A DNA stretch of 64,000 bases from Escherichia coli (GTDB lineage Bacteria; Pseudomonadota; Gammaproteobacteria; Enterobacterales; Enterobacteriaceae), in the NCBI RefSeq assembly GCF_048403405.1, contig NZ_CP183129.1, one strand, 5' to 3'. Positions 23,459 through 35,173 of this stretch are shown here, in pieces (the first letter of the stretch is position 1; every line of letters begins with the position of its first letter). Under the pieces are notes generated by a model, which worked only from the letters and a program-made list of their open reading frames with translations, made no database searches and had not been told where the DNA came from. The position numbers and the translations under genes were made by a program.

Positions 23459-25735
23459 TTAATGCGCTGCTTCCGCCTTGTGCTTTTGTGCACTCTGGAA
23501 TCCATAAGTCAGCTCATTTTTCTCTTTATCCAGCGCAACCGTCACCTGACCGCCGTCCACCAGCGAACCAAACAACAGTTCGTTGGCGAGCGGTTTTTTC
23601 AGGTTGTCCTGGATGACACGCGCCATCGGACGTGCGCCCATTGCCCGGTCGTAACCTTTCTCGGCCAGCCAGTTACGCGCTTCCTGGCTCACTTCCAGAG
23701 AAACACCTTTCTGATCCAACTGAACCTGCAACTCGACGATGAATTTATCCACTACCTGATGGATCACGTCGGTTGACAGATGATCGAACCAGATAATGTT
23801 GTCGAGACGGTTACGAAACTCCGGCGTAAAGATCTTCTTGATCTCTTCCATCGCATCGGTGCTGTTGTCCTGGTGGATAAGACCAATCGATTTACGCTCA
23901 GTTTCTCGTACCCCAGCGTTGGTGGTCATCACCAATACCACGTTACGGAAGTCCGCTTTGCGTCCGTTGTTATCGGTCAGCGTACCGTTGTCCATCACCT
24001 GCAACAGAATATTGAACACGTCCGGGTGCGCTTTCTCGATTTCGTCCAGCAGCAGCACCGCATGTGGATGCTTGATGACCGCATCAGTCAGCAAACCGCC
24101 CTGATCAAAACCAACGTATCCCGGAGGCGCACCAATCAGACGGCTGACGGTATGGCGTTCCATATACTCGGACATATCAAAGCGCAGAAGCTCAATGCCC
24201 AAAGCTTTCGAAAGCTGTACCGTCACCTCTGTTTTCCCGACCCCGGTAGGGCCGGCAAACAGGAACGAACCGACCGGTTTATGTTCGTGACCTAAACCTG
24301 CACGCGCCATCTTAATGGCTTCAGTCAGCGCCTCGATGGCTTTATCCTGACCGAAGACCAGCATTTTCAGGCGATCGCCGAGGTTTTTCAGGGTATCGCG
24401 GTCACTCTGAGAAACACTCTTCTCTGGAATGCGCGCAATACGGGCCACCACGGACTCAATATCCGCCACATTAACGGTTTTCTTGCGTTTGCTTACCGGC
24501 ATCAGGCGTGCGCGAGCGCCCGCTTCGTCGATAACGTCAATGGCTTTATCCGGCAGATGACGATCGTTAATGTATTTCACCGCCAGCTCTACCGCTGCAC
24601 GCACCGCTTTTGCGGTATAACGCACGTCGTGGTGCGCTTCATACTTCGGTTTCAGGCCATTGATGATTTGAACAGTTTCTTCGATCGACGGTTCAGTAAT
24701 ATCAATTTTCTGGAAGCGACGCGCCAGAGCACGGTCTTTCTCGAAAATGTTGCTGAACTCCTGATAGGTTGTCGAACCAATTACGCGAATTTTACCGCTG
24801 GAGAGCAACGGTTTGATTAGGTTAGCCGCATCGACCTGACCACCAGACGCTGCACCCGCACCGATAATGGTGTGGATCTCATCAATAAACAGGATGCTGT
24901 TAGTGTCCTGCTCCAGCTGCTTGAGCAACGCTTTAAAACGTTTTTCAAAGTCGCCGCGATATTTTGTGCCCGCTAACAGAGAACCGATATCGAGAGAGTA
25001 AATCGTACAGTCAGCCATCACTTCCGGCACATCGCCCTGAACAATTCGCCAGGCAAGACCTTCTGCAATCGCGGTTTTACCGACACCAGATTCCCCCACC
25101 AGCAGCGGGTTGTTTTTACGGCGACGGCAGAGAACCTGAATAGCACGCTCCAGCTCCTTCTCACGACCAATCAGTGGGTCGATTCCGCCCACGCGCGCAA
25201 GCTGATTCAGGTTCGTCGTGAAATTCTCCATACGTTCCTCCCCACCAGCTTGTTCTTCGCTGTTTGGCTGGCTGCCAGGATCAGAAGACTGTGTCGGCTC
25301 GTCTTTACGCGTGCCATGAGAGATAAAGTTCACCACATCGAGACGGCTGACTTCATGTTTACGCAACAGATATGCCGCCTGCGACTCCTGTTCGCTAAAG
25401 ATAGCGACCAGAACGTTTGCACCGGTAACCTCATTGCGACCGGAGGACTGGACATGGAAGACCGCACGTTGCAGTACACGCTGAAAACTCAGCGTTGGCT
25501 GTGTGTCGCGCTCCTCTTCACTGGCAGGCAGAACGGGTGTGGTTTGTTCAATAAAGGCTTCCAGTTCCTGACGGAGCGCAACCAAATCCACAGAACACGC
25601 TTCCAGCGCCTCCCGGGCAGATGGGTTACTGAGCAGCGCCAGTAACAAGTGCTCGACGGTCATAAACTCATGACGGTGCTCGCGCGCTCTGGCGAAAGCC
25701 ATATTTAAACTGAGTTCCAGTTCTTGATTGAGCAT
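23459..25735 (-). CDS. clpA: ATP-dependent Clp protease ATP-binding subunit ClpA
   Basis: Start moved to [17 protein letters not shown]... (758 aa); two AAA+ modules (GESGVGKT and GPTGVGKT). Confidence 0.95.
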   Translation of the reverse strand: MLNQELELSLNMAFARAREHRHEFMTVEHLLLALLSNPSAREALEACSVDLVALRQELEAFIEQTTPVLPASEEERDTQPTLSFQRVLQRAVFHVQSSGRNEVTGANVLVAIFSEQESQAAYLLRKHEVSRLDVVNFISHGTRKDEPTQSSDPGSQPNSEEQAGGEERMENFTTNLNQLARVGGIDPLIGREKELERAIQVLCRRRKNNPLLVGESGVGKTAIAEGLAWRIVQGDVPEVMADCTIYSLDIGSLLAGTKYRGDFEKRFKALLKQLEQDTNSILFIDEIHTIIGAGAASGGQVDAANLIKPLLSSGKIRVIGSTTYQEFSNIFEKDRALARRFQKIDITEPSIEETVQIINGLKPKYEAHHDVRYTAKAVRAAVELAVKYINDRHLPDKAIDVIDEAGARARLMPVSKRKKTVNVADIESVVARIARIPEKSVSQSDRDTLKNLGDRLKMLVFGQDKAIEALTEAIKMARAGLGHEHKPVGSFLFAGPTGVGKTEVTVQLSKALGIELLRFDMSEYMERHTVSRLIGAPPGYVGFDQGGLLTDAVIKHPHAVLLLDEIEKAHPDVFNILLQVMDNGTLTDNNGRKADFRNVVLVMTTNAGVRETERKSIGLIHQDNSTDAMEEIKKIFTPEFRNRLDNIIWFDHLSTDVIHQVVDKFIVELQVQLDQKGVSLEVSQEARNWLAEKGYDRAMGARPMARVIQDNLKKPLANELLFGSLVDGGQVTVALDKEKNELTYGFQSAQKHKAEAAH

Positions 25736-25765
25736 AGGCACCTCCCCCAATTTTTATGCCTGCAT

Positions 25766-26086
25766 TCAGGCTTTTTCTAGCGTACACAGCAATGGATGCT
25801 CATTCTCCCTCGCGTACTTGTTCACCATCGCCACTTTGGTTTCTGCAACCTCGGCGGTAAAGACTCCGCAAATGGCCTTCCCCTGGTAGTGAACAGCGAG
25901 CATCAATTGCGTTGCACGTTCTACATCATAAGAAAAGAATTTTTGTAACACGTCAATAACAAACTCCATCGGAGTGTAATCATCATTGACTAATATCACT
26001 TTATACATAGATGGCGGTTTTAGCGCGTCGCGAACTTTTTCTTCCGCCAGTTGATCAAAGTCCAGCCAGTCGTTCGTTTTACCCAT
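25766..26086 (-). CDS. clpS: ClpA adaptor protein ClpS
   Basis: 106 aa; immediately upstream of clpA on the same strand. Confidence 0.95.
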
Positions 26087-26408
26087 TGTCAGTTATCATC
26101 TTCGGTTACGGTTATCGGCAGAACGCCCTGCCGCTGACAAGAGCTTATTTGCCTGACCAATCTACTCCACATGATAGATAACTATCATCTATCGTTGGCA
26201 TCAGCGACATCTGTCACATTCCTGTCAATAGCGTTAACTGCTTCAAATTTTTGATTCATACCTGCCCCCTGGCCCCTGTCAAATGCTTGACGGCTCGCCC
26301 TAATTCTCTAAATTGTATTTCTAGAGTTGGCGAGGTTTTGAACAGCCCCCTCTCTGACCCCGGTTTATTCCATCTTACTTGTATAAGATTTGCGAAGGAT
26401 GTCGAAGC

Positions 26409-26633
26409 ATGGAAAAGGGTACTGTTAAGTGGTTCAACAATGCCAAAGGGTTTGGTTTCATCTGCCCTGAAGGCGGCGGCGAAGATATTTTCGCTCATTA
26501 TTCCACCATTCAGATGGATGGTTACAGAACGCTAAAAGCTGGACAATCCGTTCAGTTTGATGTCCACCAGGGGCCAAAAGGCAATCACGCCAGTGTTATT
26601 GTGCCCGTCGAAGTAGAAGCGGCAGTCGCATAG
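26409..26633 (+). CDS. cspD: Cold-shock-domain protein CspD
   Basis: Start moved to MEKGTVKWFNNAKGFGFI... (74 aa); cold-shock domain RNP motif. Confidence 0.93.
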   Translation: MEKGTVKWFNNAKGFGFICPEGGGEDIFAHYSTIQMDGYRTLKAGQSVQFDVHQGPKGNHASVIVPVEVEAAVA

Positions 26634-26666
26634 CTCTTCTGTCTCATTGTGTACATCCTAAAGGCA

Positions 26667-26696
26667 AAATGCCAGCCCGATCGGCTGGCATTTTTA
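26667..26696. terminator. Terminator hairpin between convergent cspD and macB
   Basis: gccagcccgatcggctggc flanked by an A-run and a T-run. Confidence 0.55.
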
Positions 26697-26705
26697 TCTC
26701 AAAAA

Positions 26706-28652
26706 TTACTCTCGTGCCAGAGCATCTACTGGATCCAGTCGTGCCGCATTTCGTGCGGGTAACCAGCCAAATAAAATCCCGGTGACCGTCGAGCAGAGAA
26801 ACGCCAGCAGCAGCGCCAACGGTGAAAAACCAATCTCCCAGCCGGGTAAGAAAAGCTGCAAGGTGAAAGCAATTAACAGTGACAGTGTTATTCCCAACGC
26901 GCCACCGACCAGGCAAACCAGCACGGCTTCGATCAGGAACTGTTGCAACACATCACTTGCTCGCGCACCTACAGCCATGCGAATGCCAATTTCCCGCGTC
27001 CGCTCGGTCACTGACACCAGCATAATATTCATTACACCAATACCGCCCACCACTAGCGAAATCACTGCCACCAGCGTCAGAAACAGTTGTAAAGTACGTG
27101 TGGTCTTTTCAACGGTTTTCAAGACGCCGTCCATGTTCCAGGTAAAGAAATCCTTCTTACCGTGGCGCAGTGAAAGTAAACGCGTGAGTTGCTGTTCCGC
27201 CTCGGCGCTGTCAAATCCTTCTTTCACCCTGACAGTAATGGAGTTCAGCCACGACTGGCCCATAACTCGCCCGGACATAGTGCTGTAAGGTAGCCAGACA
27301 CGCAGCACTTTACTGCTACCAAACATCGACTGTTTTTCTTCCGCCACACCAATGACTCTGGCGGGCATATTGCCGACCAGAATCACCTCGCCAACCACAT
27401 CTGCTTTATGGGGGAAAAGCTGGCGGCGAGTATTACTGTCGAGAACCACGACCTGCGCACGACCGTTCAGCTGCTCCTGATTAAAGGTGTTCCCTTCACT
27501 GAAGGTCATGCCATAGACATTAAAATAATCGCCGCTCACGCCATTGGCACTGGCAGCCACATCAACATTGTTATAACGCAGGCGCAGGTTTTGCGAGACG
27601 GCAGGTGTGGCTGAGGCGACCCACGGTTGTTTTTGGATGGCGATTAAGTCATCGTACTTCAGCGCCTGCTGATATTGCGGATCGTCATCGCCAAAATCTT
27701 TCCCGGGATAGACATCAATAGTATTCGTACCAATAGAACGAATATCCGCCAGCACCATTTGTTTGGCGGCGTCGCCGACCACAACAATGGAAACCACCGA
27801 CGCAATACCGATAATAATCCCCAGCATGGTCAGTAAAGTACGCATTTTATTCGCTGCCAGCGCCCGCCATGCCATCGTCAGCGCCTCGTTAAAACCACTG
27901 ACAAACTGCCGCCAGCCAGACGCCGTGTTGACAACAGGTTCCGTCCCGCCAGCAACATTCACTTTTTCAATGGCGGGAGGATTGCGCACAATTTCACCGT
28001 CGCGAATTTCGATCACCCGCTCGGCCTGAGCAGCGACCTGCGGATCGTGGGTAACGATAATCACCGTATGCCCGCGATCGCGCAGCTGATGCAGGATCGC
28101 CATCACCTCTTCGCCAGAATGGCTGTCCAGTGCGCCGGTTGGTTCATCGGCAAGAATTACCTGACCGCCGTTCATCAATGCCCGCGCGATGCTGACGCGC
28201 TGTTGCTGACCACCCGAAAGCTGTGCCGGATAATACTCTGTACGGTCTTCCAGCCCCAGTCGTTGCAGCAACTCCTGGGCACGAAGCAGCCGCTGTTTCC
28301 GCTCAAGACCGGCATAGACGGCGGGTACTTCAACGTTCTGCTCGGCGGTTAAATGCGAAAGCAAATGGTAACGCTGGAAAATAAAGCCGAAATGCTCGCG
28401 GCGTAGTTGCGCCAGCGCATCGGCGTCCAGCGTGGCAACATCCTGACCGGCTACGCGATAGGTGCCGCTGGTGGCCTTATCCAGGCAGCCGAGAATATTC
28501 ATCAGGGTCGATTTACCGGAACCCGAAGCGCCGACAATCGCCACCATCTCACCAGCATAAATATCGAGGCTGATGCCCTTCAGCACCTCAACCTGCTCAT
28601 CACCGGCAGGATAGCTGCGACGAATATCCTTTAATTCGAGCAAGGGCGTCAT
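26706..28652 (-). CDS. macB: Macrolide ABC exporter ATPase/permease MacB
   Basis: 648 aa; N-terminal ABC ATPase (GASGSGKST) and C-terminal FtsX-like permease; overlaps macA by 4 bp. Confidence 0.95.
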   Translation of the reverse strand: MTPLLELKDIRRSYPAGDEQVEVLKGISLDIYAGEMVAIVGASGSGKSTLMNILGCLDKATSGTYRVAGQDVATLDADALAQLRREHFGFIFQRYHLLSHLTAEQNVEVPAVYAGLERKQRLLRAQELLQRLGLEDRTEYYPAQLSGGQQQRVSIARALMNGGQVILADEPTGALDSHSGEEVMAILHQLRDRGHTVIIVTHDPQVAAQAERVIEIRDGEIVRNPPAIEKVNVAGGTEPVVNTASGWRQFVSGFNEALTMAWRALAANKMRTLLTMLGIIIGIASVVSIVVVGDAAKQMVLADIRSIGTNTIDVYPGKDFGDDDPQYQQALKYDDLIAIQKQPWVASATPAVSQNLRLRYNNVDVAASANGVSGDYFNVYGMTFSEGNTFNQEQLNGRAQVVVLDSNTRRQLFPHKADVVGEVILVGNMPARVIGVAEEKQSMFGSSKVLRVWLPYSTMSGRVMGQSWLNSITVRVKEGFDSAEAEQQLTRLLSLRHGKKDFFTWNMDGVLKTVEKTTRTLQLFLTLVAVISLVVGGIGVMNIMLVSVTERTREIGIRMAVGARASDVLQQFLIEAVLVCLVGGALGITLSLLIAFTLQLFLPGWEIGFSPLALLLAFLCSTVTGILFGWLPARNAARLDPVDALARE

Positions 28653-29764
28653 TGTGCAGCTCCTGGTTTGGCCTCACCAATCACCACTTCATCGCCCGCT
28701 TCCAGCCCTTTGACAATCTCAACATCGGTATCGTTACGTGCGCCAATCGTCACTTCACGCTCGCGTGTTTCACCATTACGCAACAATTTGACTTTATAAC
28801 GATTATCGCCAACCGGATCGCCTAACGCCGACAAAGGGATCGTCAGCACATTTTTCACATCGGTGAGCTGAATATGCACTTGCGCGGTCATATCCAGCCG
28901 CAGCAAACCATTGGGGTTGGGTACTTCAAAACGGGCGTAATAGAAAATAGCGTCGTTAACCTTTTCCGGCGTCGGTAGCACATCCTTGATTTGCCCTTCG
29001 TAGCGCGTCAGCGGATCGCCAAGCACCGTAAACCAGGCTTTTTGCCCCGGCTTCAGGTGGATTACATCCGCTTCAGAAACCTGCGCTTTTACCAGCATGG
29101 TGCTCATATCTGCCAGCGTCAGAATGTTCGGTGCTTGTTGTGCGGCAATCACCGTCTGGCCTTGCAGAGTGGTGATTTGCGTGACTTCCCCGGCCATCGG
29201 AGCAACGATGCGGGTGTAATCGAGATTGGTTTTAGCCGTATCGAGAGAGGCCTGATTGCGCTTGATTTGCGCGTCAATGGTGCCAATTTGCGCCTGTTTC
29301 ACAGCCATCTCCGTCGCGGCGGTATCGAGATCCTGCTGTGAAACCGCCTGCGTTTGTGCAAGACGTTGCTGACGGGAATACGTCACCCGCGCCAGTTTCA
29401 GCTCCGCTTCCGCCTGCTGCCGCTGCGCGCGTAGCTCCATCAGCGTTGCTTCCACCTCCTTGATCTGGTTTTCAGCCTGTTCAGGATCAATAACCCCTAA
29501 AAGCTGGTCTTTTTTTACTTTATCGCCAATCGCCACCGACAGCGTTTTCAACTGACCGCTGACCTGCGCGCCCACATCAACCTTACGCAGCGCGTCCAGC
29601 TTTCCGGTCGCCAGCACGCTTTGCTGTAAATCACCGGGGCGCACAATCAGCGTCTGATAAGTCGGCACGGGTGCGTTAAGAATTCTCCATAACGTAATCA
29701 GCCCGGCGATGACTATCACCAGCGCAATAACGTAACGCTTCTTCACGGTTTTCCGCTTTTTCAT
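28649..29764 (-). CDS. macA: Macrolide efflux periplasmic adaptor MacA
   Basis: Start moved to [12 protein letters not shown]... (371 aa); coiled-coil HlyD-family adaptor. Confidence 0.92.
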   Translation of the reverse strand: MKKRKTVKKRYVIALVIVIAGLITLWRILNAPVPTYQTLIVRPGDLQQSVLATGKLDALRKVDVGAQVSGQLKTLSVAIGDKVKKDQLLGVIDPEQAENQIKEVEATLMELRAQRQQAEAELKLARVTYSRQQRLAQTQAVSQQDLDTAATEMAVKQAQIGTIDAQIKRNQASLDTAKTNLDYTRIVAPMAGEVTQITTLQGQTVIAAQQAPNILTLADMSTMLVKAQVSEADVIHLKPGQKAWFTVLGDPLTRYEGQIKDVLPTPEKVNDAIFYYARFEVPNPNGLLRLDMTAQVHIQLTDVKNVLTIPLSALGDPVGDNRYKVKLLRNGETREREVTIGARNDTDVEIVKGLEAGDEVVIGEAKPGAAQ

Positions 29765-29878
29765 AAATATTCTGAATACTCCATATGCCAATCCGGGTCA
29801 TTAACTTCAACGAAATATCAACAAAACCCTAAAATTTACGTTAATAATCACACTATTGATGTTTGGTTAAGATACGCA

Positions 29879-30871
29879 ATGGTGAAATCGACGTCATGTA
29901 TAACCATTGATTTCATGAATATGTCGCAGCTAACTGAACGGACCTTTACGCCATCTGAATCTCTCAGCAGCCTGTCACTTTTTCTTAGTCTGGCACGTGG
30001 ACAGTGTCGGCCGGGTAAATTCTGGCATCGCCGTAGTTTTCGCCAGAAATTTTTGCTGCGCTCGTTGATTATGCCGCGTTTAAGCGTTGAGTGGATGAAC
30101 GAACTTTCCCACTGGCCTAATCTCAATGTGTTGTTAACGCGCCAGCCGCGACTGCCTGTGCGTCTGCATCGCCCTTACCTTGCGGCGAATCTTAGCCGTA
30201 AGCAATTGCTGGAGGCGTTACGTTACCATTATGCGTTACTCCGCGGGTGTATGTCGGCGGAAGAATTCAGCTTATATTTGAATACCCCCGGGCTGCAACT
30301 GGCGAAGCTGGAAGGCAAAAACGGCGAGCAGTTCACACTTGAGCTGACCATGATGATCTCAATGGATAAAGAAGGTGACAGCACAATCCTGTTCCGCAAC
30401 AGCGAAGGTATTCCTCTGGCAGAGCTCACGTTTACCCTGTGTGAATATCAGGGGAAAAGAACGATGTTTATTGGCGGACTGCAAGGCGCAAAATGGGAAA
30501 TTCCACATCAGGAAATCCAGAATGCGACGAAAGCCTGCCACGGGCTATTTCCCAAACGCCTCGTGATGGAAGCGGCCTGTCTGTTTGCCCAACGTTTGCA
30601 GGTAGAGCAGATTATTGCCGTCAGCAATGAAACGCATATTTACCGCAGCCTGCGTTATCGCGATAAAGAAGGCAAGATCCATGCCGATTACAACGCTTTC
30701 TGGGAATCGGTTGGCGGCGTATGTGATGCTGAACGCCATTACCGCCTTCCGGCACAGATAGCACGAAAAGAGATTGCCGAAATCGCCAGTAAAAAACGGG
30801 CTGAATACCGTCGGCGCTATGAGATGCTCGACGCTATTCAGCCACAAATGGCCACGATGTTTCGCGGTTAA
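29879..30871 (+). CDS. ybjX: DUF535/VirK-like protein YbjX (start uncertain)
   Basis: 330-aa ORF at the K-12 ybjX position; internal ATGs such as MNMSQ are alternative starts. Confidence 0.8.
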   Translation: MVKSTSCITIDFMNMSQLTERTFTPSESLSSLSLFLSLARGQCRPGKFWHRRSFRQKFLLRSLIMPRLSVEWMNELSHWPNLNVLLTRQPRLPVRLHRPYLAANLSRKQLLEALRYHYALLRGCMSAEEFSLYLNTPGLQLAKLEGKNGEQFTLELTMMISMDKEGDSTILFRNSEGIPLAELTFTLCEYQGKRTMFIGGLQGAKWEIPHQEIQNATKACHGLFPKRLVMEAACLFAQRLQVEQIIAVSNETHIYRSLRYRDKEGKIHADYNAFWESVGGVCDAERHYRLPAQIARKEIAEIASKKRAEYRRRYEMLDAIQPQMATMFRG

Positions 30872-32526
30872 TCCGCGCGACCGCGCGCCAGCCACAGCAC
30901 GCGTGAGAACATTTTTTTCAGCAGCGTCGGTACGGAATCCACACCACGACGTCCTGCCTCCATTGCCACTTCAATGGCAAGATCGGGTTTGGAAGAGCGA
31001 TGGATCGCTTTCGAGATAATTTTGCGCAGATTCATCGGTACATTTTCCGGGATTTGCGCCACGCGGTGGAACACATCGGAAAATCCCTGGCGATACATAA
31101 AATGTTCCATATCCAGCGCCGGTAACGCCGTTAAATGTTCTCGTTCGGCTTCCCGATCGTTATTCAACAGGCTGCGTACCGTAGCGGCATATTTCTTCCC
31201 TGCTTCATCGCCATCGACCAGTACATGCCATTCAATCCCCATTCGCCGGGCAAATTTAACCAGTGGCTTTAGCCCGGACTGGGCAAACTCAATGACCTTG
31301 ATCCCTTCAGCATCAAAATGATGTCCGCACTGACGCGCCAGTTCATTGATAACCCAGGTTTCCGTTTCCCCTTCCACCAGCAGCCAGCAGCGTGCAAACA
31401 GCGATGATGGACGATTAAAACGAATGTGGAAAGAGATGCGTCGGCTGTCTTCGGTACTCAAACCACTCGGCCCCAGACGCCAGGCGGCAACGCGCGAGGA
31501 CTCACGTACCAGTCGGCAAATATGCTCTACCGGCGTTAACGAAAGCAACTCACCCGAGTTGGTGGTGGCAATGCGCTGCAATGGCAGAAGATTCAACAGA
31601 TGCCAGGCAACTGAAAGCATAATGGGGTGTAAACGGGTTTCTGGATCTTCGATCAGCAACAATGGACGGGCGTCTTTATCCAGTCGCAATGTGCCTTTTG
31701 CCTGCAATAAAGTAGCAAACAGGCCGAGCAAAATAACCCGATACGAGCGCCCTCCTGGTCGGTCAATCATCCTGTTGATGATATCCAGATAGCGCCAGCT
31801 TCGTTGCTCATTGCTGGCTCGCCGCCGCATTAAACGATATCGCGCCTGTCCGGCCCCCTGCTCAGAGAAATAATGCTCAAGCAGCTGTACCATTGCGGAA
31901 AGTCCCTGACGAATCTGTCCATCAGAGAGATTTTGCGGATGTGAGGACAACTCACGGGCGAGGAAATCGAGCTGGCGCGCGGTGACTTCCACATTAGGGA
32001 CATTTGGCACCGTGCCGTTACGAATACGGCGCATAAAACGGGCATCACGCAAGCGCAGCACCGGCATTAAACGCACCAGATGGCGTGCCTGATCGTTAAT
32101 ATCCTCGACATCAATCGGATGTCCGTCTTTATCGAGAAAACTGCGCAGTGTCATCACGCTGCCGTCTTCCGCACTCTCCCCTTCCAGACGATAAAAAATA
32201 CGGTGATAGCCATCGGTGCATGGCATCCAGCACGCTTCCAGCGGCCGATAGCGGCGAACCCGATGTCGGCCTGGCAGCGATTCGCGGAAGGTCAAAATAA
32301 TATGCAGATGATGTTCCCGACCGTTGATATCTCCCGGCGGGAACCAGAAATCGTCGCGCTCAAAATGGTAGAGATCTGATTCTGGCGATAGCAGCAGAGT
32401 TAAGGCGTCCAGCAAGCTGGATTTACCCCACGCGTTCTCCCCAATCAGGACGTTGTTTTGTTCCAGCATCAATGACAAACGATTGATACCGCGAAAACCC
32501 ACAATTTCAACGCGCTCAAGAATCAT
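30868..32526 (-). CDS. ybjD: OLD-family-like ATPase/nuclease (DUF2813) YbjD
   Basis: 552 aa; N-terminal P-loop (GENAWGKSS) and C-terminal Toprim-like region; same position as K-12 ybjD. Confidence 0.88.
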   Translation of the reverse strand: MILERVEIVGFRGINRLSLMLEQNNVLIGENAWGKSSLLDALTLLLSPESDLYHFERDDFWFPPGDINGREHHLHIILTFRESLPGRHRVRRYRPLEACWMPCTDGYHRIFYRLEGESAEDGSVMTLRSFLDKDGHPIDVEDINDQARHLVRLMPVLRLRDARFMRRIRNGTVPNVPNVEVTARQLDFLARELSSHPQNLSDGQIRQGLSAMVQLLEHYFSEQGAGQARYRLMRRRASNEQRSWRYLDIINRMIDRPGGRSYRVILLGLFATLLQAKGTLRLDKDARPLLLIEDPETRLHPIMLSVAWHLLNLLPLQRIATTNSGELLSLTPVEHICRLVRESSRVAAWRLGPSGLSTEDSRRISFHIRFNRPSSLFARCWLLVEGETETWVINELARQCGHHFDAEGIKVIEFAQSGLKPLVKFARRMGIEWHVLVDGDEAGKKYAATVRSLLNNDREAEREHLTALPALDMEHFMYRQGFSDVFHRVAQIPENVPMNLRKIISKAIHRSSKPDLAIEVAMEAGRRGVDSVPTLLKKMFSRVLWLARGRAD

Positions 32527-32951
32527 ATCCCCTCCAGAAATATGTGACTTATCCTTTACGCTGGCAGTATAACGGGAAAGGCCATGCTAATACGTGATGA
32601 CATCACATTTAAGCATGGCAAATGTCTGAAAAATGAGCGAATAATCGCGTTATACTCCCTCTTGCTGATAAGCCTGCAAAAACAACAAAATCAAATAATT
32701 AGCATGATAAATTATTTTTTATTACGCCTAAAGGATTAAATCTTTCGCTTGCACTACACTGTCAATCAGACAAATGACTATATGGGGCAACCCGCTGTTG
32801 CCCTAAATCAAATTTACTGGATTTATTTATCTGGCGAATGATTTGCCTTCGTTTTTAAAATAGCCGCGCATTATTTCCGTCGTCACTTTTTTACGACGAC
32901 CCTATAAAACGACCATATTTTTCACAGGGTCAATTTTTAATTGAGGTGGAT

Positions 32952-33647
32952 ATGTTCAGAAAATTAGCAGCTGAATGTTTTGGTACTTTCTGGCTTGTTT
33001 TTGGTGGCTGTGGTAGTGCCGTACTGGCCGCAGGCTTCCCGGAATTAGGCATTGGTTTTGCCGGCGTGGCGCTGGCATTCGGTCTGACCGTTCTGACGAT
33101 GGCCTTTGCTGTTGGTCATATTTCTGGTGGTCATTTTAACCCGGCGGTCACTATTGGTTTATGGGCTGGCGGACGTTTCCCGGCAAAAGAAGTCGTTGGC
33201 TACGTAATTGCCCAGGTTGTCGGCGGTATTGTTGCGGCGGCGCTGCTGTATTTAATTGCCAGTGGTAAAACGGGTTTTGACGCGGCAGCCAGCGGTTTTG
33301 CTTCTAACGGTTATGGCGAGCATTCGCCAGGCGGTTATTCCATGCTTTCCGCACTGGTAGTTGAACTGGTATTGAGTGCAGGTTTCCTGCTGGTGATCCA
33401 CGGCGCAACCGACAAATACGCTCCGGCAGGTTTTGCACCGATCGCTATTGGTCTGGCCTTAACCCTGATTCACTTAATCAGTATTCCGGTGACTAACACT
33501 TCTGTTAACCCGGCGCGCAGCACCGCGGTTGCTATCTTCCAGGGCGGCTGGGCATTAGAACAACTGTGGTTCTTCTGGGTGGTGCCAATTGTCGGCGGTA
33601 TTATCGGTGGTCTGATTTACCGGACTCTACTGGAAAAGCGTAATTAA
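32952..33647 (+). CDS. aqpZ: Aquaporin Z
   Basis: Start moved to [13 protein letters not shown]... (231 aa); two NPA motifs (HFNPAV, VNPARS). Confidence 0.95.
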   Translation: MFRKLAAECFGTFWLVFGGCGSAVLAAGFPELGIGFAGVALAFGLTVLTMAFAVGHISGGHFNPAVTIGLWAGGRFPAKEVVGYVIAQVVGGIVAAALLYLIASGKTGFDAAASGFASNGYGEHSPGGYSMLSALVVELVLSAGFLLVIHGATDKYAPAGFAPIAIGLALTLIHLISIPVTNTSVNPARSTAVAIFQGGWALEQLWFFWVVPIVGGIIGGLIYRTLLEKRN

Positions 33648-33656
33648 TTAACGCAG

Positions 33657-33686
33657 AAGGCCTGGCGCAATGTCAGGCCTTTTTTA
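33657..33686 (+). terminator. Rho-independent terminator after aqpZ
   Basis: Hairpin aggcctggcgcaatgtcaggcct followed by TTTTTT. Confidence 0.7.
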
Positions 33687-33699
33687 AATATATTGATTC

Positions 33700-33990
33700 A
33701 TCTTCCTGTTGCGCTCCTTGATGTGTTAAGCCACATATAGTCACTGGCGCAGGGAGCGCGCAGGGGGCGGCCAATCGCCGCCGCCCCCTGCACCCCCAGG
33801 CTCTGGCGAACAAAATCGCCGCTGCGCGGTGCCCTCGACTTATCCCTTACGGCTACCGGGTCGGGCGCGAGGTAACATCCCTGTAAAACGCGCCCTCAGC
33901 CCACATCCATGTGGGCTGCCCCGGCCTTCAGGGAACGCCTCGGCGATTTTGACGCCACCAACACCGGTGCGGTTTGTAATTAAAGCGCAA
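33700..33990. repeat. GC-rich extragenic element built from nested imperfect palindromes
   Basis: Inverted repeats cagggggcggc/gccgccccctg, cagcccacat/atgtgggctg and ggcgaacaaaatcgccg/cggcgattttgacgcc; no ORF. Confidence 0.5.
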
Positions 33991-34130
33991 GAATATCTTT
34001 AAATGAAAATGAATACCCTACCGATCCTTATGCATAACATTTCCTTTTAATTGCAACTTTACTCGCCCTTCCGCTTTCAGTAGTGTGTCATCGCGCATTT
34101 CGACTTCATCTTTGCAAGGACTGGGTTTTC

Positions 34131-35030
34131 ATGTTTTCTGGGCTGTTAATCATTCTGGTTCCCCTGATTGTGGGTTACCTCATTCCTCTTCGCCAAAAAG
34201 CTGCATTAAGAGTTATTAATCAGCTATTAAGCTGGATGGTTTACCTTATTCTCTTTTTTATGGGTATCAGTCTGGCGTTTCTCGATAACCTCGCCAGTAA
34301 CCTGTTGGCGATTCTGCATTATTCTGCCGTCAGTATTACCGTTATTTTACTGTGTAATATTGCCGCCCTTATGTGGCTGGAGCGAGGCCTGCCATGGCGC
34401 AATCACCATCAGCAAGAAAAACTCCCGTCGCGTATTGCGATGGCGCTGGAGTCGCTAAAACTGTGCGGCGTAGTAGTGATTGGTTTTGCCATTGGCCTGA
34501 GTGGACTGGCTTTCTTACAACATGCGACCGAAGCCAGTGAATACACCTTAATTCTGCTACTTTTCCTCGTCGGTATTCAGTTGCGCAATAATGGCATGAC
34601 CTTAAAGCAGATTGTCCTTAATCGCCGGGGAATGATTGTCGCCGTGGTGGTGGTTGCCAGTTCATTAATTGGTGGTTTAATTAACGCCTTTATTCTTGAT
34701 CTTCCCATCAATACCGCGCTGGCAATGGCCTCTGGTTTCGGCTGGTATTCTCTTTCCGGTATTTTATTGACTGAATCTTTTGGTCCGGTAATCGGGAGCG
34801 CGGCGTTTTTTAATGATTTGGCCCGTGAGCTGATTGCTATTATGTTGATCCCCGGGCTGATTCGCCGCAGCCGCTCTACTGCACTGGGCTTATGCGGTGC
34901 CACATCAATGGATTTCACCCTGCCCGTTCTTCAACGTACTGGCGGGCTGGATATGGTCCCGGCGGCGATTGTTCACGGTTTTATTCTTAGTCTGTTAGTG
35001 CCGATCCTCATCGCCTTTTTCTCTGCATAA
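34131..35030 (+). CDS. lysO: Lysine exporter LysO (YbjE)
   Basis: Start moved to MFSGLLIILVPLIVGYL... (299 aa); polytopic membrane protein. Confidence 0.9.
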   Translation: MFSGLLIILVPLIVGYLIPLRQKAALRVINQLLSWMVYLILFFMGISLAFLDNLASNLLAILHYSAVSITVILLCNIAALMWLERGLPWRNHHQQEKLPSRIAMALESLKLCGVVVIGFAIGLSGLAFLQHATEASEYTLILLLFLVGIQLRNNGMTLKQIVLNRRGMIVAVVVVASSLIGGLINAFILDLPINTALAMASGFGWYSLSGILLTESFGPVIGSAAFFNDLARELIAIMLIPGLIRRSRSTALGLCGATSMDFTLPVLQRTGGLDMVPAAIVHGFILSLLVPILIAFFSA

Positions 35031-35063
35031 TACCTCTCTGGCGGTAGATCCCTGCCGCCAAAA

Positions 35064-35077
35064 TTGCGCTAAATCAA
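35064..35077 (+). promoter_or_regulatory. Candidate FNR site in the hcp promoter
   Basis: TTGCGctaaATCAA resembles TTGAT-N4-ATCAA; hcp is a known FNR-dependent anaerobic gene. Confidence 0.45.
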
Positions 35078-35135
35078 TCTCCCTTAAAGTTGCACAAAAA
35101 ATCCCTTTTATCCCCGCGTTAAGCGTCTTAACCTT

Positions 35136-35158
35136 AAACATGCATATTAAATATAACT
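35136..35158 (+). promoter_or_regulatory. Candidate NsrR operator in the hcp promoter
   Basis: aaacatgcatattaaatataac resembles the AT-rich ATGCAT-containing NsrR inverted-repeat consensus; hcp-hcr is a known NsrR target. Confidence 0.4.
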
Positions 35159-35173
35159 TTAAAAGGTGTGATC

